Below, in pieces: positions 53,550-63,014 of a stretch of 64,000 nucleotides of DNA. Origin of the DNA: Candidatus Hopanoidivoransaceae bacterium (GTDB lineage Bacteria; Actinomycetota; Acidimicrobiia; Acidimicrobiales; Hopanoidiivorantaceae); the NCBI GenBank assembly GCA_965204495.1, contig OZ241989.1, positions 544,312-608,311 on the forward strand, read 5' to 3'. The notes under the pieces are model-generated. The model was not told where the DNA came from, made no database searches, and saw nothing but the letters and a program-made list of their open reading frames with translations. How positions within the stretch are numbered: position 1 is the first letter of the stretch; each line of letters starts with the position of its first letter. A program made the position numbers and the translations under genes.

Positions 53550-54230
53550 TTAAACCACTCTGCCGCCAGCGAGTGCGACTGTGCGGAGGGCCGATGCCCC
53601 GTCGAAAACTCCGCCGTGCTCGTGGGTCACCGCAATCACCGCAGCCCCAGCCGATGCGACTTCCGCGATAACAGCGTCTATGCACTTTCGGCCTTCGGCG
53701 TCCAAGCTGGCGTGGGGTTCATCTAGCAGCCAGAGTTCAGGGCGGCGCACCATCACGCAAGCAAAAGCGACTCTGCGCTGCTGGCCGGCCGACAGACGGC
53801 TGACCCGCTCATGATGCAAGCGCGCCGGCAATTCCATCTGCTTTAGCGCAGCTTCGCCAGCAACTTCGTCTCCCACTTCTCGCCTTTCTCGCCTTCTCAA
53901 CCCGCAAAGCGCATGGGCGAACTCCACATTTTCTTTAGCTGTCAAATCGCCGTAGAGCCTGCTTTCATGCCCCAAAAAGCCGACCCTGCTGCGCCAAGCC
54001 CCAGCCCCGGCAGCCTTTGCGCCGGCGAGACTGCTCCCGAGCACTTCTCCTTCCCCGCGATAAAGGCGCACAAGACCAGCGCAAAGACGCAACAAGGTGG
54101 TTTTGCCTGCGCCGTTCGCCCCTCGCACGACTACGATTTCACCTCGCTCAACCGAGAGGTCGACACCGCTGAGTGCTGGAAAACGCCCCAACAACACCAC
54201 CGCAGAGCGGAGCGAAACAGCGTAATCCAT
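53550..54230 (-). CDS. ccmA: Heme ABC exporter ATP-binding protein CcmA
   Basis: Walker A is GANGAGKTTLLR, the signature is LSAGQQRRVA, and Walker B is LWLLDEPHASLD. The start is taken at the internal ATG (MDYAVSLRS). The longest ORF reaches 54479 and would overlap the divergent sortase gene. Confidence 0.8.
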   Translation of the reverse strand: MDYAVSLRSAVVLLGRFPALSGVDLSVERGEIVVVRGANGAGKTTLLRLCAGLVRLYRGEGEVLGSSLAGAKAAGAGAWRSRVGFLGHESRLYGDLTAKENVEFAHALCGLRRRERREVGDEVAGEAALKQMELPARLHHERVSRLSAGQQRRVAFACVMVRRPELWLLDEPHASLDAEGRKCIDAVIAEVASAGAAVIAVTHEHGGVFDGASALRTVALAGGRVV

Positions 54231-54320
54231 GACAAATCTCAGGCTATCAAGTCCTGCGAGCGACAAGCCTGGCAAATGCTCCGCGCCCTCAGTTTGGAAT
54301 AATGCCTCTAATGTTTCTTT

Positions 54321-55991
54321 ATGAGGCTTTCGCGCAGCCTGAAATACGGGGGGCGCACCATAGCAGTACTGGGCGGGGTGCTTCTGCTGTTCGTGGCTTA
54401 TCAGCTTTGGGGCACTTCTCTGCAATACGCACGAGCGCAATCGGAGTTGAGAGACGACTTCAGCGACATTCTTTCGCAAACTGCTGCCTTCAGAGACGGG
54501 ACAGACAGCACTGTCGGCCTTGGCGGTTCAACGGAGACAGTCGCCTCATCCGGAAGCTCCAGCGGCATCGCAATTCTCTCTTCGGACGCAACTGCCGAGG
54601 ATGCCTCCAATGGAATAGCGAGCCTCTCTTCCGCCACGGCGACTCTGTCTGACGGAACCGCGACGCTTTCCGCCGGCACAGCCGACTCCAGCGGTGCGGC
54701 GACCGAAGCGGGTGTTTCGGAAGCGTCTGCCGCGGAAGCGCAAACTGCCGAAGCTCTGCCGTCAGCGTCTTCTGCTGCCGAAACCCCCCAAGGGGCGGCA
54801 ACTCAGTCAAGCGCGTCACAATCAAACGCATCGCCAGCCGAAACAACCCGCCAGACTCTTCTGGTCAGCCCCAGCACGCGCCTGCCCCGTGAAGAGATAG
54901 AAAACGCCGATCTCGTCTACACACCCGGTTCTGAGGAAATTCTGCCCCTTCTGTATCCCGAAGGCGGCGAGGCTGTGGCGCGCATTGTCATCCCCGCCAT
55001 CAAAATGGACGAGATAGTGGTGGAAGGCACGGATGTGGATGCCCTCAGAAAAGGCCCGGGGCACTACTCTTGGACACCGATGCCCGGACAGCCCGGCAAC
55101 GCCTCCATCGCCGGACACCGCACCACCTACGGCGCGCCCTTCGCCAACATAGGCAACCTGCGCCCCGGCGACAGAATAACAGTGCAGACCGCTCAAGGAG
55201 AATTCGTCTATGAAGTGCTGGCCCAAGACAGCCCCACCAAGGGCTATCTGATCGTCTCGCCCGACAGGGTTGATCTGCTGCGAGACAAAGGCAACAATCT
55301 GCTGACGCTCACATCCTGCCATCCGAGATTTTCCAACCGACAGCGAATAGTGGTGCAAGCGAAACTGCTAGGCGACCCCGTAGTGCCTATGCGAGATGTG
55401 AATGCAAGACAAGACGCGCCGCAACAACTTGCCTCAGAGGATTTGACAGGCGTGTCAGGTGCTGAAGGGTCGGCTGCTTCAGAAAGCAACGCTCTCCAAG
55501 CAGGCAACGCTGCTGGGGTTGCAGGAGTTGGCGAGGCGGGGGCGACAGACAGGGCAACGGCAGAGAACACGGCCAGTGGCGAAGCAGGAGCATCTGGCAA
55601 CGCAAATTCATCCGGGCTCACGAGCACCCAACAGGCAGGCAGCGCGGCTGGGCAAGAAGGCACCGCCGGCCAAACACAAGCAGGAGCAGTCGCTGGCGAC
55701 TCTGAAACCTCCGACTCTGCTGCAGCTTCGCGGGATGCCCTGTCTGCCTCTAGCGGTTCAGCTTCGCAACCTGCGGTCGGTACCAGCTTCGGCAGCGGAC
55801 TCAGCGGAGAACGCTCGGCTATCCCTTCGGCTGCGCTCTGGTTTGTCGCCACCGCTATCTTGTGGGGAGCAGTTTGGCTCGTCGGCACGAGGTGGCGAAG
55901 GTGGCCATCCACAGCAATCGGAATCTTGCCCGTGCTGGGATGCTTATTCGTGGCATTCTCTTACCTAGATCGTGCGCTGCCTTCCTACTAG
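54321..55991 (+). CDS. Class E sortase with large low-complexity inserts and a C-terminal membrane segment
   Basis: The N-terminal anchor is TIAVLGGVLLLFVAYQLWGT. The catalytic blocks are IAGHRTTYGAPF, LTLTSCHP and RIVVQAKL. About 130 aa of Ala/Ser-rich sequence precede the catalytic domain and about 140 aa of Ala/Gly/Ser-rich sequence follow it. The protein ends with two hydrophobic segments. Confidence 0.8.
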   Translation: MRLSRSLKYGGRTIAVLGGVLLLFVAYQLWGTSLQYARAQSELRDDFSDILSQTAAFRDGTDSTVGLGGSTETVASSGSSSGIAILSSDATAEDASNGIASLSSATATLSDGTATLSAGTADSSGAATEAGVSEASAAEAQTAEALPSASSAAETPQGAATQSSASQSNASPAETTRQTLLVSPSTRLPREEIENADLVYTPGSEEILPLLYPEGGEAVARIVIPAIKMDEIVVEGTDVDALRKGPGHYSWTPMPGQPGNASIAGHRTTYGAPFANIGNLRPGDRITVQTAQGEFVYEVLAQDSPTKGYLIVSPDRVDLLRDKGNNLLTLTSCHPRFSNRQRIVVQAKLLGDPVVPMRDVNARQDAPQQLASEDLTGVSGAEGSAASESNALQAGNAAGVAGVGEAGATDRATAENTASGEAGASGNANSSGLTSTQQAGSAAGQEGTAGQTQAGAVAGDSETSDSAAASRDALSASSGSASQPAVGTSFGSGLSGERSAIPSAALWFVATAILWGAVWLVGTRWRRWPSTAIGILPVLGCLFVAFSYLDRALPSY

Positions 55992-56001
55992 GGCATGATC
56001 G

Positions 56002-56709
56002 GTGACTAATCCGCAATTTTTTTCTCCGTTGGCACTCCTGCACTCGTTCGGCCGCTCATCTCGCAAGAGAAAGCCTGCCAAATCAAGAGATGCTGCCCTA
56101 AAGCCATCTACAAAACTGCTAGCCTCACCGCTGCTGCCCCTTCTGCTGCTTCTTGTCGCCCTCATATCTGCCGGCTGCGTCCAGTCGTCGCAGCGTTCCC
56201 GAGGCACTCAACCCCTCCCCCCCGAAAGCGTGCCCTCCGAACAAGGGGACACCCCGACTGTGCTCACCGACACCACCTCAACCACCACGACTCTTCCGCC
56301 CGAAGGTCTTATCTCCGACATCGCCAGCGTGGAAGTCGGTCAGTGCTTCAACAACTACCGCTTTGAGAACAAGCGTACCGGTGCTTCGGAAAACCTTTTT
56401 ACTCTCATAGATTGTCGCCGCCCCCATGAAGGCGAGGTCTACCACCAGATCATCCATCCTGCTGTCCCCGATGCTGAATACCCCGGCGACAGAGCCATGG
56501 AAAACTGGGAGCAGGAGGAGTGCTACGCGAATTTCGAAGACTGGGTCGGCCAGGAATATGTGATCTCAGAGTTGTATTTCTCATCCCTCCGCCCCGATGA
56601 TCAGCTTTGGAAGAACACTAGCGATCCCTCGTCCCGTCGCCTCAGCTGCTACCTCCGCAGCGCAGACGGATCGCCCCTCACCGGATCGCATCGGAATTCA
56701 CGCATTTGA
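56002..56709 (+). CDS. Septum-formation-domain lipoprotein
   Basis: The lipobox is LLLLVALISAGC. VEVGQCFNNY...LIDCRRPHEGEVYHQI...EECYANFEDWVG...LSCYL follows the actinobacterial septum-formation (PF13845-like) Cys/His pattern. Confidence 0.65.
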   Translation: MTNPQFFSPLALLHSFGRSSRKRKPAKSRDAALKPSTKLLASPLLPLLLLLVALISAGCVQSSQRSRGTQPLPPESVPSEQGDTPTVLTDTTSTTTTLPPEGLISDIASVEVGQCFNNYRFENKRTGASENLFTLIDCRRPHEGEVYHQIIHPAVPDAEYPGDRAMENWEQEECYANFEDWVGQEYVISELYFSSLRPDDQLWKNTSDPSSRRLSCYLRSADGSPLTGSHRNSRI

Positions 56710-56744
56710 GCACGCAAGGCACCCTTAAGCAAAACTCTGAGCAA

Positions 56745-56806
56745 GGTGCAGTGCACCGCCCAAAGCTTTTGCACTATAATCGTCAATCACCCGTATCAAA
56801 AAGGAG
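56745..56806 (+). promoter_or_regulatory. Candidate promoter/operator and RBS for the second Liv-type operon
   Basis: The palindrome GGTGCAgTGCACC is at 56745-56757. TATAAT is at 56775-56780. AAGGAG is at 56801-56806, 9 nt before the ATG at 56816. Confidence 0.4.
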
Positions 56807-56815
56807 ACATCAGAA

Positions 56816-58450
56816 ATGACTCAAAGACAACCCCAAGCCCCTAGACACCATCGGAGGCGAACGAAGTTGGCAATGTCCGCTGTTGCGGCAGTGGCAGCCC
56901 TAGCCCTGTTCGCAGCAGCCTGCGGCAGCGACGACGATGACGACGCCAGCGACGATCCCGTAACCACAACCCAAGCACCAGCGAGTGGAGTAACATCCAC
57001 AACGCAGGCTCCAGCGAGTGAGGCAACAACCACCACCGAGGCACCAGAGGAAGACCTCGGCCTAGGACTTGAGCCCACCACAACCATGGCCGACAACGGA
57101 GCCGCCCCCACCACGACCATGATGGATCCCTGCGAAGCCGAACCGCCTGAAGCCACAGAGATCGGCGTTACCGAAGACACCATCAAGGTGCTCGTGATGG
57201 CCGATGTGGGTTCGCCGCTAGCTCCCGGTCTGTTCCAAGGCTCCATAGACGGCACCAAAGCTTGGGTCGATTATGTGAATGCCAACGGCGGACTGGCTTG
57301 TCGTCAAATTGAACTCATAGAGCACGACTCGCAGATACGCCCCGACCTCACGACCAACGGTTTCTTGATTGCTTGCGAGGAAGCTCTGGCACTTGTAGGA
57401 TCCACCGCTCTTTTCGTGAATGATGTGACAGCCCTCAATAGTTGCGAAGACGGCGAAGGCAACGAGATCGGAATTCCGGACATTCCAGAGCGAGTTGTAG
57501 AAAGCGAACATGCGTGCTCGCCTAATGCATTTGCGGTGACCAACGCAGAGTGCCCGTTTGAAGGCTGGCCTCGGACTTTCTTCAATGTCATGGGGCCTCA
57601 TAGGTGGCTGCTTGATGATGCAGGCGGGCCAGGCTCATATAACGGCGTCTTCTTGATCGCATCAGATTTGGCATCCGCCATCAATAGCAGCATGCCTGGC
57701 ATCCGTGCCCACATGGAGTTCGGAGTAACCAACGACGGCGAATTCGATGTAAGCGGCGGAGCGACTCAGGCTCAATACGGTCAGTATCTGGAGAGAATGC
57801 GCGAAGCAGATTCCAACTACGCCTACACCGGTTCCAACGACCAATCCATGCTTAAGTGGAAGCGTGAAGCTGTGGCACAAGGCATGGACTTGGACTCCAT
57901 CACATGGGTCTGCTCTCTGGCCTGCTACACCTCCGACTTCATTGAAGACGAAGTGTCCAACGGCACCTACCTCTGGATGCAGTTCCTGCCCTATGAAGAG
58001 GCGGATGCCAATGCAGAGTTGGCAATCTTCATGGAAAACATCGGCCAAGAAACTCCAGCTGCATGGTCAGCAGGCGCATGGGCAGCCGGCAGGCTCTTTG
58101 AGCAAGCCATCAACAACATCGTGGAGGAAGACGGCATCAACGGCATCACCCGTCAAGCCCTGTTCGAGCAGCTCCGCTCAACTGAAAGCTATGATGTGAA
58201 CGGCTGGTATTCGCCATTCAACTTCACGACAAAGATTAACGCCCCTTGCTATGTGCTGTTGCAAGTGCAAAACCAAGAATTCGTGAGGGTCTTCCCTGAA
58301 GAGCGCGGCACCTTCAACTGCGACCCAGAGAACCACTGGATCAACACCGTCGACTCCCCTGGAGAGCACAATGCAGGACCAGACGGCTACCTAGAGGAGC
58401 GTCTAGGCATCAACGACAAAGGCGGTGAAAGCGAGCCGATTGACTACTAA
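56816..58450 (+). CDS. ABC transporter substrate-binding lipoprotein (type I periplasmic binding protein, Liv/amide family)
   Basis: The lipobox is LALFAAACGSDDDDD. The body has Thr-rich linker repeats (TTTQAPAS x2). It is the first gene of an operon with LivHM/G/F-type genes. The family call rests mainly on context and overall architecture. Confidence 0.65.
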   Translation: MTQRQPQAPRHHRRRTKLAMSAVAAVAALALFAAACGSDDDDDASDDPVTTTQAPASGVTSTTQAPASEATTTTEAPEEDLGLGLEPTTTMADNGAAPTTTMMDPCEAEPPEATEIGVTEDTIKVLVMADVGSPLAPGLFQGSIDGTKAWVDYVNANGGLACRQIELIEHDSQIRPDLTTNGFLIACEEALALVGSTALFVNDVTALNSCEDGEGNEIGIPDIPERVVESEHACSPNAFAVTNAECPFEGWPRTFFNVMGPHRWLLDDAGGPGSYNGVFLIASDLASAINSSMPGIRAHMEFGVTNDGEFDVSGGATQAQYGQYLERMREADSNYAYTGSNDQSMLKWKREAVAQGMDLDSITWVCSLACYTSDFIEDEVSNGTYLWMQFLPYEEADANAELAIFMENIGQETPAAWSAGAWAAGRLFEQAINNIVEEDGINGITRQALFEQLRSTESYDVNGWYSPFNFTTKINAPCYVLLQVQNQEFVRVFPEERGTFNCDPENHWINTVDSPGEHNAGPDGYLEERLGINDKGGESEPIDY

Positions 58451-58493
58451 GGCTGCGGAACAAAAATAGTAGCAACAAGCTCAGGAACCGCTT

Positions 58494-60944
58494 ATGGAAC
58501 CTGAATCCCAGGAGACTCCGTCCGAGACTCCACCCCCCGCGCCTTCGGATGAATCCCGCGAATGGGAGCGTCCGAAGGCTATGCGGGGAGTTCTGCCCAC
58601 TCCTCCTCTGCCGTCCGCCTTGCGCAACCCTGTTGTGCTGATGACGGCAGTGGGGGTAGCAATAGTAGTCGTCTTCTTCTGGCGCTACTGGGCCGGCAAT
58701 TCTGTAACCAGCTCCACTTTTATCAACGCCACTTTCATCGGCATAGCAGTGGGGGCGCTTTATGCTATGTATGCAACCGGGCTAGTTGTGGTCTATACCA
58801 CTACGGGAATTTTCAATTTCGCTCAAGGGGCCATCGGGGTGTTCTGCGCTTTCCTGTTTTGGGAGCTGCATGTGAACAGGGGCTGGCATACGCTTTTGGC
58901 TCTCTTCTTCGTAGTCATCATATTCGCCCCAGCTCTTGGGATCGTCCTAGATGTGATCCTCATGCGACAGCTTCGGACTGCCCCTTTGGTGGTGCAGCTC
59001 ATGGCAACAGTGGCGCTTATGGTGCTCTTCCTTTCGCTCGCCGGCGAAATCTGGGAGCAAGACACTATTCGCCGTGTGGATTTCTTTTTTGGTCTGCGCA
59101 GCGGAATTGAAATCTTCGGCGTCAACATCCTCTGGCATCGCCTCATCACCATACTCACTGCCATAGCCCTGGCTCTCGGCCTGAGCCTGTTGCTTTTCAA
59201 ATCTCGGCTGGGGGTGGCCATGCGAGCCGTTGTGGACAACAGAGAACTGGCTGCGCTCAACGGCGTGCGGCCCGGGCTGGTTTCGTCCAGCGCTTGGGCT
59301 ATCGGTTGTTCGCTTGCAGCTTTGGGGGGCATCCTCATCGCCCCCGAGGTTGAGCTGGATCCCGCGAACCTCAACATCATTATCATCACGGCTTTTGCGG
59401 CAGCCGCATTCGGAGCCTTGCGCAGCCTTCCTCTCACGGTCGTGGGCGCGCTGATTATCGGGCTTCTCGCGCAGCATGTCGAGACTTGGCTGAAGCTCGG
59501 CACTGATCTGCGTTTTGCGGCAGAGGCGGTTGCGCCAGTCGTGCTGTTTATCGTGGTTCTGGCATTGCCCAGGGCACAGCTGACTGTGGGGCGCATCGCC
59601 ACCAACCTCAAGCAGAGAGAACGACTGACGAAACCTTGGGAAGCCATTTTCGGCTTGGCGGTGCTCATTTTCCTAGCACTGGTTTTCAGCAAGGGCTGGC
59701 TCAACTTCGGCTTCTGGGATCCGGGCGAGTGGGGCAATGCTCCGCTCAACAGCATAAATGTCACGATGGGGCTAGCCATAGTCGGGCTTTCTCTGGTGCC
59801 GTTGACAGGCTGGGCAGGCCAGATCAACTTCGCTCCGCTGGCTTTTGCGGGCTTTGGGGCATTCTTGTATTTGAAACTTGCCGGCGGAGGCGAAACGACA
59901 AACGGCTATTGGATCCTCTTGGTGGCAGTGCTGGCTGCGCCTTTGGGTGCTCTGGTAGCCATTCCTGCTAGTCGATTACGGGGGCTCTATCTGGCTTTGG
60001 CTTCTATGGCGTTCGCCTTGGGCATGGCAAAACTTTTCTTCCCTCACTCGGCGATTCTGCCTCTCACGACAGGCGGCGTGCTCTTCGGGCCGATTGACCT
60101 CTTTGGCATCACTTTCAGCGAGCGAGAGTCTTATTTCATGCTGCTCGTGAGCGTGTTCGCGGTTATAGTCTTGGGTCTCGTTCTGTTGCGAAGATCCCGC
60201 TACGGACGAAGATGGACGGCGTTGAACGACAGTCTTGCCGCCTCGGCCACAGTCGGAGTGAATGTGTACATGACCAAGGTGGTCGTCTATGCGTTTTCGG
60301 CTTCTATCGCGGCAGTGGGCGGAGCATTCTGGGCTACCTCTAACGCCTCTTTGGACGGCGTGCGCAGCTTTGATGTGATCAACGGGCTGGAGATAGTGCT
60401 GTTGATGGCTGCTGCTGGGGTGTCCATACCTCTAGCTGGGATTTTCCTCATCTTCCGCACTGTTTTTGAAGGTCTCACAGACCGGCTTTACGACCTCGGC
60501 AATGTGGACTGGCTGGCGCAGTTCTTTGATATTATGACCACCTTCGGGCCGGGGCTTTTGGCTTTGGGCATGGTCATCAATCAGCGTGGAGCGATTTACG
60601 AGATGGGGCGGGGGTTTGCGCCTATCTTGCCTTGGCGCAAGGATGCCCGTGAGGAGATCGCCAAGGAGCGAGCCCAGAAGAGAGACACCGAATTCGGCGA
60701 GATGGGCATCTCCAGGCCGTTCACGGCTAACGAGGTCATGGCTTTGGACAGGCGTTTGCGCATCACCGATGAGGTGACTCCGCCGGGTGGGTATGGCTCT
60801 GGGAGCAATGGCTCTGGCGGCAGCGGCTCTGAGGGTAACGGCACAGGGGGGACGACGGGAGATAACGGATCCGCAAGTGCTGCTGTCGGCGATGCTGCGG
60901 GAGATTTCTCGGATAACTCTGCTTCGGGGGGCAATTCGTCATGA
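58494..60944 (+). CDS. Fused LivH-LivM-type ABC permease with a Gly/Ser-rich C-terminal tail
   Basis: The N-terminal half has GIFNFAQGAIGVF and AVVDNRELAALNGV (LivH-like). The C-terminal half has GQINFAPLAFAGFGAF and a LivM-like core. The tail is GYGSGSNGSGGSGSEGNGTGGTTGDNGS. Confidence 0.75.
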   Translation: MEPESQETPSETPPPAPSDESREWERPKAMRGVLPTPPLPSALRNPVVLMTAVGVAIVVVFFWRYWAGNSVTSSTFINATFIGIAVGALYAMYATGLVVVYTTTGIFNFAQGAIGVFCAFLFWELHVNRGWHTLLALFFVVIIFAPALGIVLDVILMRQLRTAPLVVQLMATVALMVLFLSLAGEIWEQDTIRRVDFFFGLRSGIEIFGVNILWHRLITILTAIALALGLSLLLFKSRLGVAMRAVVDNRELAALNGVRPGLVSSSAWAIGCSLAALGGILIAPEVELDPANLNIIIITAFAAAAFGALRSLPLTVVGALIIGLLAQHVETWLKLGTDLRFAAEAVAPVVLFIVVLALPRAQLTVGRIATNLKQRERLTKPWEAIFGLAVLIFLALVFSKGWLNFGFWDPGEWGNAPLNSINVTMGLAIVGLSLVPLTGWAGQINFAPLAFAGFGAFLYLKLAGGGETTNGYWILLVAVLAAPLGALVAIPASRLRGLYLALASMAFALGMAKLFFPHSAILPLTTGGVLFGPIDLFGITFSERESYFMLLVSVFAVIVLGLVLLRRSRYGRRWTALNDSLAASATVGVNVYMTKVVVYAFSASIAAVGGAFWATSNASLDGVRSFDVINGLEIVLLMAAAGVSIPLAGIFLIFRTVFEGLTDRLYDLGNVDWLAQFFDIMTTFGPGLLALGMVINQRGAIYEMGRGFAPILPWRKDAREEIAKERAQKRDTEFGEMGISRPFTANEVMALDRRLRITDEVTPPGGYGSGSNGSGGSGSEGNGTGGTTGDNGSASAAVGDAAGDFSDNSASGGNSS

Positions 60945-61669
60945 CTTCTTTGCTGGCGGTGGAATCTGTGGACATGCGCTTCGGCGGCGTGCAGGCTTTG
61001 TCGGACACCAATCTCAAGGTCGACACAGGCAAGATCACCAGCCTTATCGGGCCTAACGGGGCGGGCAAGACTACCTTGTTCAATGTGATCACAGGGCTGC
61101 TGGCACCCACCTCGGGGCGGGTTTATTTCAAAGGCTGGGACATCACTGGGCTTTCGGTGACTCGTCGCTCTCGCTTGGGCATCGCCCGCACTTTCCAAAA
61201 GCTTGAGGCGTTCAACTCGCTGAGCGCACGCGACAACATCTTGGTGGCGGCCGAGAGGCGCAGACGGCGCGACCACCAAGACCATCGCCACCCTGCCGAC
61301 ATAGCCGACGAGCTGCTGGAAATGATCGGGCTGGAAGATGTGGCCGACATCACTGTCGGCACGCTTCCGACTGGAACTGCTCGCCTCGTGGAATTGGCAC
61401 GGGCACTCGCTCTTACGCCCACTCTGCTGCTGCTGGACGAGCCCTCTTCCGGCTTGAACGAAGAAGAGACCCAAGCAGTGGCGAGACTTCTGGAAAGAAT
61501 TGTCTCCGACGACTTGGCGGTGTTCTTGGTGGAGCACGACATGAGCCTCGTGATGGACATCAGCCATGAGATTTATGTGCTGGATTTCGGCGAGCTCATC
61601 GCACACGGCAACCCTGAAGAGACGCAGAACGACCCGAAAGTTCGGGCTGCTTATCTGGGAGGCCACTAG
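60941..61669 (+). CDS. livG: ABC transporter ATP-binding protein (LivG-type)
   Basis: Walker A is GPNGAGKTTLFN, the signature is LPTGTARLVE, and Walker B is LLLLDEPSSG. There is a 4-nt overlap with the permease stop. Confidence 0.8.
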   Translation: MTSLLAVESVDMRFGGVQALSDTNLKVDTGKITSLIGPNGAGKTTLFNVITGLLAPTSGRVYFKGWDITGLSVTRRSRLGIARTFQKLEAFNSLSARDNILVAAERRRRRDHQDHRHPADIADELLEMIGLEDVADITVGTLPTGTARLVELARALALTPTLLLLDEPSSGLNEEETQAVARLLERIVSDDLAVFLVEHDMSLVMDISHEIYVLDFGELIAHGNPEETQNDPKVRAAYLGGH

Positions 61670-61682
61670 GAGCGATACTGCT

Positions 61683-62441
61683 ATGGAAGAAGCTGCTGAA
61701 CATATTGAGACCGGGCGCATTGAGATCCCGCTGGATCATGAGCATGCCCTGCTGGATTTGGTGGGCATCCACGCGGGCTATGGCACGATAGATGTGCTCC
61801 ACGGGGTGGATTTGGCTGTGCTGCTGGGGCAGGTGTTCGCGCTGCTGGGGCCGAACGGCGCAGGCAAATCTACCACTTTGGGGGTTGCTAGCGGTCAAAT
61901 CGTGCCTTCTACGGGCAGCCTCTTGCTGATGGGCAAAGAAGTCACAGGCGCGGCTCCTTCGGCTTTGGCTCGCGCTGGTGTCTGTCTTATCCCTGAGGGG
62001 CGAGGTATCTTTCCTAACCTTACGGTCACGGAGAATCTGCGGATGATCACTTTCGCTGGAGTTTCGTTCTCGGAAGTGCTAGAGCGCGCCTTTCAGCAGT
62101 TTCCCCGCTTGGGAGAACGGCGCAAGCAGCTGGCTGGCACTCTTTCGGGCGGCGAGCAGCAGATGCTGGCCATGTCGCGGGCTTTGGCTTGCGACCCTGC
62201 CGTGCTGATGCTGGACGAGCTTTCCATGGGGCTGGCGCCGATCATCGTGGAAGAGCTGTACGAGCAAGTGGGGCAGTTGGCGGGGTCGGGGCTGTCTATT
62301 TTGATCGTGGAGCAGTTTGCCCAGTCGGTGCTGGGGGTGGCTGATGTGGCTGCGATTATGACCGGCGGAGTGATCCAACGAGTCGGCAACCCCGAAGAAA
62401 TCGCCGAAGAACTGACCGAGGCGTATCTGGGGATCTCGTGA
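61683..62441 (+). CDS. livF: ABC transporter ATP-binding protein (LivF-type)
   Basis: Walker A is GPNGAGKSTTLG, the signature is LSGGEQQMLA, and Walker B is VLMLDELSMG. The start is set at the ATG at 61683, just after the upstream stop. Confidence 0.8.
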   Translation: MEEAAEHIETGRIEIPLDHEHALLDLVGIHAGYGTIDVLHGVDLAVLLGQVFALLGPNGAGKSTTLGVASGQIVPSTGSLLLMGKEVTGAAPSALARAGVCLIPEGRGIFPNLTVTENLRMITFAGVSFSEVLERAFQQFPRLGERRKQLAGTLSGGEQQMLAMSRALACDPAVLMLDELSMGLAPIIVEELYEQVGQLAGSGLSILIVEQFAQSVLGVADVAAIMTGGVIQRVGNPEEIAEELTEAYLGIS

Positions 62442-62514
62442 GAGCTTTGCGATATGAGAGCCTCCATCGCACCCTTCACAAATCTCAACTAAAATCTCAG
62501 CCAAAGGAGCACAA

Positions 62515-62958
62515 ATGAGCCAGACAACCCATCACGACGAAACTTCAGAAGCCGCCGAATCTTCGCCGCGCCTCGCGGAATTCCAAGAGGAAGTCGACAA
62601 GCTAGGCGTGACAGGAGGCAAAGCCAACCCCGAGCGCAAGCTTTTGCGCCTAGGCATGTTTTTGATCATTGCGGGTATAGTGCTGGAGATAGTGGCGCTT
62701 ATCCTGTCGCTCAATACTTCCAGCACGACTTCCGAGATACCTGACTCTTTAGGTCAAGCCGAAAAAATTGAAGTTGGTCTTGAGCAGGTGGCATCTGGCT
62801 TTGATTCTGCTCGGGATCAAGGACACGCGATTATCATCGCTCTGTGCGGCTTGGGCGCCATTCTCGCAGGCGGGTTTTTCTACATCGCCAACTCTGTCAC
62901 CCGATTCTTGCGCTACTGGCTAGTGCGCCTCATCTACGAAATCCGCGAGAACGGCTAG
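62515..62958 (+). CDS. Hypothetical membrane protein (2 TM)
   Basis: The hydrophobic segments are LGMFLIIAGIVLEIVALIL and IIALCGLGAILAGGFFYI. An AAAGGAG-like RBS precedes the ATG. Confidence 0.45.
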   Translation: MSQTTHHDETSEAAESSPRLAEFQEEVDKLGVTGGKANPERKLLRLGMFLIIAGIVLEIVALILSLNTSSTTSEIPDSLGQAEKIEVGLEQVASGFDSARDQGHAIIIALCGLGAILAGGFFYIANSVTRFLRYWLVRLIYEIRENG

Positions 62959-63014
62959 GCAGCGAGGGCAGTCTGAGGGAACAAATCTGCGGGAGGGAAT
63001 CTGGGGGAGTAAAT

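Noticed and set aside
60596-61720. A 374-aa minus-strand ORF across the permease tail and the LivG-type gene.
   Set aside because: It is antisense to genes with clear ABC motifs and operon-style overlaps, and it has no recognisable features.
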